From: Sulfurimonas sp.
GTDB taxonomy: Bacteria; Campylobacterota; Campylobacteria; Campylobacterales; Sulfurimonadaceae
Assembly (NCBI RefSeq): GCF_050296975.1
Contig: NZ_JBNKRX010000036.1
Span: forward strand, 40,019-104,018
DNA length: 64,000 bases
Reading direction: 5' to 3'
Below are positions 9,299 through 18,549 of the stretch, piece by piece. Both the position numbers and the translations under genes were made by a program. The number at the start of each line of letters is the position of its first letter. The stretch's first letter is position 1. Under the pieces are notes generated by a model. That model saw only the letters and a program-made list of their open reading frames with translations. It made no database searches and was not told where the DNA came from.

Positions 9299-10846
9299 GT
9301 GGAAAATGTAGACTTACTTTTAGATACTGTTGGTATATACAATAAATGTGAAGTGATTGAAATATTTGGATATGACAACAAGAAAAAAAAAGCTTTCAAT
9401 ATTTATACATTAGTTATTTTTGAAAACACTAAACAGATAGAAATTGAAGGCTTATTAACTGATAAACTAAATATCTTTTCTTCTGTATCAAATATTAAAT
9501 GGGGTATAAAAAGAAGAATAGTAAGAATAAGCAAAATAAAGAAGTTTTTTGAATTATTGAAAAATAAAAATATTTACAAAATAGATAAAGAATTATCTGT
9601 TGGACAATTAAAATATTTAGATATGCAATTTATACAAGCAAATGATTCTTTTATCAAGCCTCAGTTCAATCACATATTAAAAAACAACTTTTATAATGGT
9701 TCATATGTACTAGAGTTTTTTGATGAAGAAAAAAGTAATAATCAGTTTTTACTAGAGAATGCCGTATTGCTAAATGCTTTTAGTGAAACTATTGGAGAAA
9801 TATTGCCAATTAAACTTGCTAATCTGTCTGATAGATTAGGAAATGTGGTTTTTCAATTTCCTATTAATATCTTCAAGCTTGAATATACTACAAATAGGTT
9901 GGGCAATCCACCACGATATTCTGGATTAAATATTGAGATTTCTCCAAAAATAAAGAAATATGACATTACTAATTTAGAGATTAGAGTGTATGAAAATAAT
10001 GACAATATCATTGTTCGTCAATATTCAATAATGGTTCAAAATAACTTAACTGAAATCATGTTAGATGATTGTTTTGGAACTAGACTTGAAGTAATGGATA
10101 AAGATACATCATTGTTACTTTATAGAAATAAATTCTCTATTATGAAAGAATTTAATTTTCAGATGAATTTAATAAGTCCTCAAGATAGAGTTTTTAAGTT
10201 AAATGGTGATGTGCAAAAAATTCCAATAGAGCATAATTCAACTAACAGTATTGGAAAAGCAAATCAAAAAAAGAAAGAATTTAATGAGTGGATTCATGAC
10301 AGAAAATATGAGCAAGAACTCAAATATTTAGAACAAACTAAGTCATTTATTCAATACTATGGTAAAAAAGATGAAAATATTAAGGCTTTAAATGACATAA
10401 GGTTTTTAATTAATCAATATGGCAATAATGGGGTCTATTTATGGGACCCGTATTTAAGTGCTACAGATATTAAAAATACATTGTATTTTAGTAAATTTTC
10501 ATATGTTGAATTAAGAGCGATAACAGGTTTAAAACAAGATTCACAAAAATCACAAGTAATTTTTGATATGCAAAATGAATTTAATCAAGATGATAAACAG
10601 TTTTTATTTTTAAATTTAGAAGTGAGAGGAAAATATGGCACAAATGGTTATGAATTTCATGACAGATTTTTAATATTTCCTCTAGAAAAACCTAAAGTTT
10701 GGTCATTGGGTATTTCAGTTAATCAGCTAGGAAAAGCACATCATATTTTACAAGAAGTAAAAAATGCTCAACATATTTTAAATGCATTTAATCAATTATG
10801 GATAGGACTAGATAAAAGGGAATGTTTAGTATGGAAGAGCAATTGA
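9299..10846 (+). CDS. VPA1262-family-like protein with C-terminal PLD-like domain
   Basis: C-terminal 'GVYLWDPYL...HDRFLIFP...KVWSLGISVNQLG'. The family name is from recall and was not searched. Confidence 0.6.
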   Translation: MENVDLLLDTVGIYNKCEVIEIFGYDNKKKKAFNIYTLVIFENTKQIEIEGLLTDKLNIFSSVSNIKWGIKRRIVRISKIKKFFELLKNKNIYKIDKELSVGQLKYLDMQFIQANDSFIKPQFNHILKNNFYNGSYVLEFFDEEKSNNQFLLENAVLLNAFSETIGEILPIKLANLSDRLGNVVFQFPINIFKLEYTTNRLGNPPRYSGLNIEISPKIKKYDITNLEIRVYENNDNIIVRQYSIMVQNNLTEIMLDDCFGTRLEVMDKDTSLLLYRNKFSIMKEFNFQMNLISPQDRVFKLNGDVQKIPIEHNSTNSIGKANQKKKEFNEWIHDRKYEQELKYLEQTKSFIQYYGKKDENIKALNDIRFLINQYGNNGVYLWDPYLSATDIKNTLYFSKFSYVELRAITGLKQDSQKSQVIFDMQNEFNQDDKQFLFLNLEVRGKYGTNGYEFHDRFLIFPLEKPKVWSLGISVNQLGKAHHILQEVKNAQHILNAFNQLWIGLDKRECLVWKSN

Positions 10847-12309
10847 CGGAACTTTTAAAAAATTCATTAGAGTCTATAGGTAATATACAACCAAACATTC
10901 ATATTCTAGATAAGTATTATGAACTATTTGATGAAAAAGACTATAAAAAGCTTTTTTTAGACAATAATATCAATGAAGTTTATAATGACATGCAAAAGTA
11001 TTATTCTATAGATTTAAATTATTTGAACTATGGACATAATGAAATAGAAATGCAAAAGTTATATCAAGAATTGATATTTGCAGTGTTTAATACAGAAGAT
11101 ACTCATTCAAAAATAAAGTTAATACCACTAGTTGTCTTTTTAGATAAAGATTATATCTTATATGAGTTTTTATACGAAAAAGATTTTTTTACCAATATAA
11201 ATGAGTTTAAGAGTTATTGTCTTGATATACTCCATGGATTTCAAGTAAATTTAGATTTAACTAATACTCCTATGAATCATTGGGAAAATGATATCGTTCA
11301 TGCTTATACTAATGGTATTAAAACTTTAGATTTTAAAAATATTTATAAGTTTATCGATTCTTTGCAGAGAGGTATTGGAATAGTATATCATCCATATATA
11401 GATTTTTTATCTTATATCTCGAATAAACTTTTTTTTGAAGATTTATGTAATATATTAGAGAATCAAGAAACTCTAAAAATTAAATATTTAACACATGCAT
11501 TGACGATAGAAGATAGATTGAGGTTAGCCAATAAATCAATCAGTGACTTGATGCTTTTTGAGACCATTAGAGAGACAGTATATTTTAAATCTAATAATCA
11601 ATATAGTTTAAATTTGCTCAAGCCTGAGAGGGAATTACTTACAAATCTAATTGTTAAAATAGCGAATAATGAAGTGATATGGAGTCAATTTTTAGATTAT
11701 TATTTAGAATATCCATCTAGAGCAACACAATTGTTCTCTCCATTAGGATTGGCATTAGAGCAAATAGATCAAAGTAAAGTACTAATAATAGGTGAAAAGA
11801 TAAAAATTGACAAGTTCTTTGATAATGATAGTAAAGAAGCTTTAAATAGTTGCTTTGCATACCTGAAAGATGAAAAATTAAAAAAAAGACTAATTGAAAA
11901 TATTTTCATTAGATGGATAGATTTTGTAGATAATTATGATGATACTCTTGTAAATATAATATTATCGGATGTGATTGATATTGTTTTGATGTACGTTAAT
12001 GAATACATGGATAAAAAAGACATTATGAATAATATAAATCATACTATTTACGATATTGAAGAAATTAACAATAGATGGTTTATTGATGCAACAGACAAAG
12101 ACAACTCTATGTTTAAATTGTTATCAAAACTTTTTGTTTATGGTTTTTTCATCAAGCAGTATGCTATGCCTGATATAGAAATAAAAATGAGAGAATTTGT
12201 AAACTCAAGAAAGTTTTTTGTTGAGAATGGTAATCAACATGAAATGAGTACAGCGGAATTGTTCTATCAAAATATTTTTAATAAAAATATGGATGAATTA
12301 AATGGGTGA
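10822..12309 (+). CDS. Hypothetical helical protein, 495 aa, overlapping the upstream gene
   Basis: Long ORF overlapping both neighbours. No motif recognised. Confidence 0.75.
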   Translation: MFSMEEQLTELLKNSLESIGNIQPNIHILDKYYELFDEKDYKKLFLDNNINEVYNDMQKYYSIDLNYLNYGHNEIEMQKLYQELIFAVFNTEDTHSKIKLIPLVVFLDKDYILYEFLYEKDFFTNINEFKSYCLDILHGFQVNLDLTNTPMNHWENDIVHAYTNGIKTLDFKNIYKFIDSLQRGIGIVYHPYIDFLSYISNKLFFEDLCNILENQETLKIKYLTHALTIEDRLRLANKSISDLMLFETIRETVYFKSNNQYSLNLLKPERELLTNLIVKIANNEVIWSQFLDYYLEYPSRATQLFSPLGLALEQIDQSKVLIIGEKIKIDKFFDNDSKEALNSCFAYLKDEKLKKRLIENIFIRWIDFVDNYDDTLVNIILSDVIDIVLMYVNEYMDKKDIMNNINHTIYDIEEINNRWFIDATDKDNSMFKLLSKLFVYGFFIKQYAMPDIEIKMREFVNSRKFFVENGNQHEMSTAELFYQNIFNKNMDELNG

Positions 12310-13078
12310 TATTAATTATATTCAACAGTTCATGAATGAACTTTCAAATATGGATGTAGCTAATTTCATATTTGTAGCACTTTTATTTTCTGTACCATTC
12401 TATTTTTCAAAAAAGTCAGAAAGCTTATTTTTCCATTCTTTTTATAGCCTCATGGGAATTTATATGCTTTTTACAATGGATGACCCTAGAGTGATTTATG
12501 ATTTGAAAATGCTTGTAGGTTTAGGACTTGTAATACCACAGACTAGATTCATTATTCAGTTTACAAAAGACACAATATTTACTATCAAAATGATGACTGC
12601 AAATACCTACTATTTCTTTGTAACTTTATATTATAAAGTACTTAGATTTATAAATTGGATTCGTTCATTATATGTAATGATTCAGAGCTTTTTTAAAGGT
12701 TTTGAAGCAAAAAGTAGGGCAGATAGTAGAGATAAAAAAGAAGAATATCAAGAAAGCAATAATCAGCAAACTTACGAAGATTATAAACAAGAGCAGAAAC
12801 AAAAAGATTCATCACAACAAAGAAGTTATGAAGAACCAAAACAAGAACAAAAGACATATACCCAACAAGATGATGAGTATGCGAGATTTTATAGTGAAAG
12901 TGTTTATACAGTTTTAGGAGTGAATGTAGATGATGATTATAACACTGTAAAAAAAGCATATAGAAAATTAGTTAGAGAATTTCATCCTGATTTACATCCT
13001 GAAAATATAGAAAAATTCACAGAAATTACACAAAATATCAATAATGCTTGGGAGAAAGTCTCAAGTTGGAAAAAATAG
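12302..13078 (+). CDS. Membrane-anchored J-domain (DnaJ-like) protein
   Basis: N-terminal TM helices, Q/E-rich linker, C-terminal 'YTVLGV...VKKAYRKLVREFHPDL...INNAWE' with the HPD motif. Confidence 0.88.
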   Translation: MGDINYIQQFMNELSNMDVANFIFVALLFSVPFYFSKKSESLFFHSFYSLMGIYMLFTMDDPRVIYDLKMLVGLGLVIPQTRFIIQFTKDTIFTIKMMTANTYYFFVTLYYKVLRFINWIRSLYVMIQSFFKGFEAKSRADSRDKKEEYQESNNQQTYEDYKQEQKQKDSSQQRSYEEPKQEQKTYTQQDDEYARFYSESVYTVLGVNVDDDYNTVKKAYRKLVREFHPDLHPENIEKFTEITQNINNAWEKVSSWKK

Positions 13079-13099
13079 ATTATTTCATAACTATTTACT

Positions 13100-13441
13100 A
13101 TGAGAGAAAAACTAAAACAATTACTAGAAGAGAGTCATTGAAGTATAACTGAGGAAGTTATTAAGGAAGCTATGGATTATCATAGCCCAAAAGAGTTCTT
13201 TGAAGATTTGTTGCAATACGGTTGTGAGTCGTGAATGGTACCAAGTTTGATATATTATAAAGATACACATGAGTTTTATGATAAACACTATGAAGAGATA
13301 GAAGAGTTAAGGGCAGAATTAGAAGAGCAGGGTATAGAGATAAATATTCCAAGTCATAGTGATTTGAAAAACTTTTTTGCATGGCTTAGTTTTGAAGAGA
13401 GAGCTAGAGAATTGTATGATGATTTAGAGATGAGTAGATAA
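13100..13441 (+). CDS. Small acidic protein, 113 aa, code 25 (the track shows only 13235-13441)
   Basis: MREKLKQLLEESH*SITEE...LLQYGCES*MVPSLIYYKDTHEFYDKH. Reading TGA as Gly gives 'GCESGMV..LIYY.DT..FY', a motif I recall from small phage/MGE proteins. Two TGA, ends TAA. Confidence 0.72.
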
Positions 13442-13478
13442 AAAAATTTGATTAAATTACATTTTAACATTATGATAT

Positions 13479-13622
13479 ATGCAAAATTACGAAGACTATA
13501 AAAAAGAATTTCAAAAATTATATCCTGATATTTCAGAAGATTTTTTGAAAGAATCATATGATTTAAGAATTGAATTTTGGAGATGATTAATAGAAAATTT
13601 TGATAATTTTTTTGATTTATAA
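13479..13622 (+). CDS. 47-aa peptide immediately upstream of the recombinase, code 25
   Basis: MQNYEDYKKEFQKLYPDISEDFLKESYDLRIEFWR*LIENFDNFFDL, one TGA, ends TAA 11 nt before the recombinase ATG. Confidence 0.5.
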
Positions 13623-13633
13623 CTAAATAAATT

Positions 13634-15184
13634 ATGAAGGCAATTATATATTATAGAAAGTCAACTGATAGAGATGATAAGCAAGCTAACTCACTTGAAC
13701 ATCAATTAGAAAATTGTAAAAGAGTCGCTTCAAATTATTCTTTAGATGTTGTAAAAGAGATTTGAGAGAGTAGAAGTGCAAAAACAGAATGAACTAGAGC
13801 TTGATTTAATGAAATGATACAACTATGTAAATCTAAAAAAATTGATTTTATAATAATAGATGAGCCAAAAAGACTATCAAGAAATAATCTTGATACATCA
13901 AGAGTTATAGACTTACTTGATAAAGAACAAATTAAATGAATATTATGAACTTCTAGGGAGTATAGAGCTGATAATTCAAGAGATAAGTTTTTGCTTCAAT
14001 TAGATTTATCATTATCAAAAATGGATAATGAGGATAGAAGTAAAGATGTAAGAGATAAGATGAATACTTTTGTGAAAAATAAGAAAAGATTTCCTTGAAA
14101 AGCTCCTTTTTGATATAAGAATATAACGATAAAAAAGTGACATAAAGATATTGTTGTAGATAAAAAAGAAGCAAAAATAGTTAAAGAGATTTTTCAACTT
14201 AGATTAGAGGGAAAAGCCTATAATACAATTGCTTTGTATTTAAAAAAGAAATATAAAAAAACTATAGAACTGAACTATACAGCTCAAAGAATTCATAAAA
14301 TAGTATGTAATAAGTTTTATTATTGAATTTTTCAATGGGCAGGGCAAGAAATAATATGAGGACATACTCAACTGGTATCAAAAGATATGTATGATAAAGC
14401 TAATTGACTTTGAAAAGGAGTGCATGAAAAAATCACTACTTTGAGAAAAAGGGAAGCTCAATCTTACTATTTGAAGTGACTTATACAAGATAGTTCATGA
14501 ATGACATTAACTTCTTATGTAAAAAAAGGAAATATTTATTACATTACAAAATCAAGTAGTGAATTAACGATAAATATTAGTGAAAATTTATTATTTGAAA
14601 AGCTATGAGAAATAATAAAAAGTAGTGAAGCTTCTAAACTTTGTTTTGAACAAGTAGATAAACAAAATATTTTGAAAATCATTAAAGATGAAAAATTTGA
14701 TGTATGAAACCAAATAATTGATATTGAAAATAAAATCCTAATTTTAGAGAATAGAAAAGATACTCTACTTGATTTTCAATTGGATGGAAAAATAGATTAT
14801 GAAACATATCTATCAAAGAATAATAAATTAGTAGATGAAATTAAAGATTTACAAGAACAAAAAAAGCATTTAAAAAATGATGATTCTGAGCAAAAGTCCC
14901 AAATATTAATTGAACTCGCTTGAAGCCTTTATGGAAGCTATTTTAGAACAAATAATCAGTGAAAAGCATATATTATTAGAAAGCTGGCGATTGAACTTTT
15001 TGTAAACAACAAAAAAGAGCTTAAAATAGAGGATAGTCCTATATTTAAAAGCTCAAAAATGCTCAATTTCTCTTTTGGTACTTCCAAGGGGTTTGATATT
15101 AGAACTTATTTAAGAGAATTGTCAAAAATAGATTTAGAAGAATTAAAAGAGTTTTATGAATTTGTAAAGAGTTCGAGATTTTAA
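13634..15184 (+). CDS. Large serine recombinase, 516 aa, readable only with TGA=Gly (code 25)
   Basis: Full hand translation: catalytic 'IIYYRKST..D.Q..SLEHQ', 'E*TRA*FNEM', 'DEPKRLSRN', 'FP*KAPF*YKN', 'NKFYY*IFQWAG...*GH', then a coiled coil. 18 in-frame TGA versus 9 GGN codons, no internal TAA/TAG. Confidence 0.92.
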
Positions 15185-15194
15185 AAATAGCAAG

Positions 15195-15239
15195 AGGTCG
15201 GAAATGCGAGACTCGAACTCACAACCCCATGTTTCAAAA
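15195..15239 (-). repeat. Degenerate tRNA-Pro 3'-half (att-like), copy 1
   Basis: 40/45 identical to 16614-16658. Start of a diverged direct repeat of about 120 bp (about 15196-15320 versus 16615-16740). Confidence 0.75.
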
Positions 15240-15475
15240 GAGTTGAAATATTCTTAAGAATAATAAAAACTAAAAGTCAATAGTTTATAAAGCTGTAGTT
15301 TATCCTTGTTTTATACAAATATGTCATAGTTTCGGGCTAGATATATGAAAACTTTTTGCAAAAAGTTTAGAGTATCTTAAGTATCTTATTGATTTGTAGA
15401 CTTGCAATTTCTCAAAATATCATTATTTTTACATATAAGTATAATTGTTTTCATTTTATTTATTATTTTATTTGT

Positions 15476-16549
15476 ATGTCTAAAAAGAATTTAGAAAAAA
15501 TCAAGTATTTATTTAATGCAAGTTGAAGGATTGGGCAAGATTGATATTTAATTTATTATATGTCAGCTTTTGTAGTGAGTTATTCTTTATCAATAGTAAT
15601 GTATCTATATTCTAGTACTTTACTTGCAATCTTTGTTTTAATTTTATGATTTATATGATTATACATTCATGTAAATATGTCTATAAAAAGATGTCATGAC
15701 TTATGAAGAAGTTGATGGTTTATTTTGATTCCTATTTATAATCCTATAGCATTAATATTTTCAAAGTGAGATGCAGAAGATAACGAATATTGAAAGAAAA
15801 TAAATAGAAAAACAAATATTATTTTAATGGTCTTATGAGTATTTATGTTTTTTCTACTATTCTCATTAAAGTGAACATTTGATGAACTTAAACAAACATA
15901 TAATATAGAAAAATCTTATGATAATAATGAATATGCAAATAATATTTGTATATCTACATTTTGAATAAATTCAAGATATGCTTGAGAAATTGAAGATTGA
16001 GAATACATATGTGATTGTAAGGAATGATATGAATTCTGATGAGATAATTTGGATGAGTGTATATTGATTTCCGAAAGCTTTTCTAAAAATATATTTACTA
16101 TAAGTAATTGATTCTATATAAATAATGCTAATGAATTGATTGATTCAGAGTATAATTTAGAGTATTTAAAAGAAATAAATGAAGAAGCTAAAAAATGATT
16201 TTTAACAAGTAAATGAAATTATACTTTATTTATGTCGGATGAATTAGATTTGCAAACCGCTACTATGTATGCAGATGAAAAAAAACTAGAGCAAAATCAA
16301 ATAACTTTGAAATCATTTGTTTTGTGAATGGGATGAAAAAATATTATCAGCAATATCAACAAGGTATGATGAGTTAATTTTTTTACTTTCAATTATGAAG
16401 TTAATATTGATGGAGAAGATTATTATTATTACGCTGTATTCTGATTAATTAATGATACTTTTGAAAGTATATATATTTTTTGATTTGATAAGAGTTTTGT
16501 TGAAAAAGATTGAGTTTTTTTAATAAATAATTTAAAAATAAATAATTAA
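15476..16549 (+). CDS. DUF805-domain membrane protein with Cys-containing C-terminal region, 357 aa, code 25
   Basis: 'YLFNAS*RIG', 'KRCHDL*RS*WFILIP...K*DAEDNEY*' give the DUF805 RxHDxGxSGW...NxYG signature when TGA=Gly; also 'CDCKE*YEF**DNLDEC'. About 26 TGA by hand count, ends TAA. Confidence 0.85.
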
Positions 16550-16613
16550 TTACGTGATTGAATTAAAATAGCAGTACTTAGTAAGTAGTGCTATTCCTAC
16601 TAAAAATTACAAA

Positions 16614-16658
16614 TGGTCGGAAACGCGAGACTCGAACTCACAACCCCACGTTCCCAAA
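16614..16658 (-). repeat. tRNA-Pro(UGG) 3'-half from anticodon loop to CCA (att-like), copy 2; not a complete tRNA
   Basis: Reverse complement TTTGGGA-ACGTG-GGGTT-GTGAG TTCGAGT CTCGC-GTTTCCG-A-CCA: anticodon loop, T-arm, acceptor 3' strand. No 5' half adjacent. Confidence 0.82.
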
Positions 16659-16749
16659 GAATATAAAATATCTTAAGAATTATTGAGAAAGAATGTCAAT
16701 ACCTTATAAAGCTGTTGTTTATCCTTGTTTTATGAAATATCTAAAAATT

Positions 16750-16780
16750 AAACACTTACTAAAATTAGTAAGTGTTTTTT
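16750..16780. terminator. Hairpin or terminator candidate
   Basis: AAACACTTACTAA-AATTAGTAAGTGTTT followed by a T-run. Confidence 0.55.
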
Positions 16781-16896
16781 TTATTTTGGTTTTAAGATTA
16801 GAACTTATATAACTGAATTATAAAAAATAGATTTGGAAGAATTAAAAGAGTTTTTATAATTTTATTAATAATTAAATTTTACTTTCAAGTAACTGT

Positions 16897-18423
16897 CTAT
16901 TTAATATCAATATCTTCATTTTCTTTATGTATATTCATATTTAATGACTCTTGCATAAATTTCATCATTTGTTCTTCATTCCAATCTTTCATAGGATAAC
17001 GCTCTTTATAGAATGTATCAAAGTTTTCATATTTTGCATTATTTTGTAAATAAAAATCAAATTCATCTATGGATAGGACTAAGTAATTAGAATGGTGAGC
17101 CAAAATTTCTGGAAATCGACTTACTATGAGATATTTAAATTTTTTTCTTATATTATATTTTTCATGATTTTCAAGAAGATGTTCATATCTTTGATTAACT
17201 TTCTGTTCCCATTCATTTTGCAATTGTTTTAATCTTTGATTTAATTGTTCAAAATTACCAAAATAAACATTAAGTGGTAATGAATGATTTTTAGCTTCAA
17301 TAAGAATATCATAATCATCATTTTTAAGTATTAAATCTATATCTCCAAGTTTATTCTTTCTTTTATATAATTCAATCCCTGTAGCCGAATGACTAAAATT
17401 GTATTTTTTAGCTATTTGAATGATATCATCTACAAAAAAATCAGACATAATTTGTTTATGTTTTTCTTTATATTTTATGTTTTCAATGATTGAATAATGG
17501 AAGTTTGTGAACAAGCTATCTAGTAAAAGTTCAGGAACAATAATATATTTATTCTTGATTTTTAATAGTGGTCTTCTTTCAAGATAATGATAGTTTAATT
17601 CAAAAGATTTAAAATCAGATTTTTTGAATGTAAAATTGCGTATAAATGACATTCCTTTTTTTCCAAAGGTATGCAGGACATAGTTCTCATCAACTATGTA
17701 AGATTTTATAACTTGTCTGATAGTTTCAATAGATTGAACATCAAGGTTGCCATTATCAAAATAAGTCATATGTTGTTCATTATTTTTAATATTTACTAAA
17801 TAATTGTTCAATAACTGTTTAATATTTACACTGATTTCTTGAATTGATAATCCAAAAATATCTTTAGATATTTTATTATAGTTTGTATATTTTTTTTTAA
17901 AGTTTTCTAATAGTTCATCAGGTTGTAAAGGAGTTTTATTTTGGCTAGCTGTAAACTCTTCCAAGCGTGAATCGTATTGAATAGCCTTTTGTTTATTTGG
18001 ATTTTTAGTTAAAGATTTTGTAAAATCTATTCTAGCATATCTATTATTTTCCCCTTTCATCTCAAAATCATCAATTAAAGTAAAGAGTGATGAATACTCA
18101 TGAAAATTATGAATACTATTCCCAATTTTTGTAAGAAATAAAACTTTATCTTTTTCTATCTCATAATCGTTTGTTGGTATAGATATATTTGAATATTTAT
18201 AAATACATGAAATAATGTATTTATAAACATCGGTACCTCTATCAATACTCATATGAGTTAGGTCATTTAAATCGTTTATCTTTAGTGTTCTAATTGTATG
18301 AATATAATATAAAAAATAAGCAAGTTCCCCAAAAGTTGAATTTTTACAGAGTTCTTTAATAATAAAAAGTCTTTTATTAAGTTCTTCTTGAATTTTAAAA
18401 AGAGCAGTTTGTTCATTGTTCAT
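16897..18423 (-). CDS. Hypothetical protein, 508 aa, with C-terminal PD-(D/E)xK (NERD-like) nuclease motif
   Basis: 'KLGDIDLILKNDDYDILIEAKNH'. Standard code, ends TAG. Confidence 0.65.
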   Translation of the reverse strand: MNNEQTALFKIQEELNKRLFIIKELCKNSTFGELAYFLYYIHTIRTLKINDLNDLTHMSIDRGTDVYKYIISCIYKYSNISIPTNDYEIEKDKVLFLTKIGNSIHNFHEYSSLFTLIDDFEMKGENNRYARIDFTKSLTKNPNKQKAIQYDSRLEEFTASQNKTPLQPDELLENFKKKYTNYNKISKDIFGLSIQEISVNIKQLLNNYLVNIKNNEQHMTYFDNGNLDVQSIETIRQVIKSYIVDENYVLHTFGKKGMSFIRNFTFKKSDFKSFELNYHYLERRPLLKIKNKYIIVPELLLDSLFTNFHYSIIENIKYKEKHKQIMSDFFVDDIIQIAKKYNFSHSATGIELYKRKNKLGDIDLILKNDDYDILIEAKNHSLPLNVYFGNFEQLNQRLKQLQNEWEQKVNQRYEHLLENHEKYNIRKKFKYLIVSRFPEILAHHSNYLVLSIDEFDFYLQNNAKYENFDTFYKERYPMKDWNEEQMMKFMQESLNMNIHKENEDIDIK

Positions 18424-18549
18424 AACTAGAATATCTCCTATTGATTGATATAAATGATTGTATTCAATTAAGGCAAACTGCTTATATTATTTGTGATAAA
18501 AATAATTAAAGGTATACTTATTTAAAAATAATATTTAAATTGGAAGAGT

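Noticed and set aside
13170-14197. Minus-strand track ORFs at 13170, 13354, 13953 and 14015 (also 4370, 24989, 26264)
   Set aside because: These are antisense shadows of the recoded plus-strand genes, with low-complexity translations.
13634-16549. TGA read as Trp (code 4, Mollicutes-like donor) or as selenocysteine
   Set aside because: TGA falls on conserved Gly positions (PF-G-Y, HDL-G-RS-G-W, KT-G, GTGG), normal TGG-Trp codons are present, and 18-26 Trp or Sec per protein is implausible.
16614-16658. Functional tRNA-Pro gene, or a UGA-suppressor tRNA in the window
   Set aside because: Only the 3' half is present and there is no D-arm or 5' acceptor strand. I saw no complete tRNA, including tRNA-Gly(UCA), anywhere in the window, though tRNAscan was not run.
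15195-16740. CRISPR array
   Set aside because: Only two repeat copies, 1.4 kb apart, tRNA-derived, with a gene between them and no cas genes.
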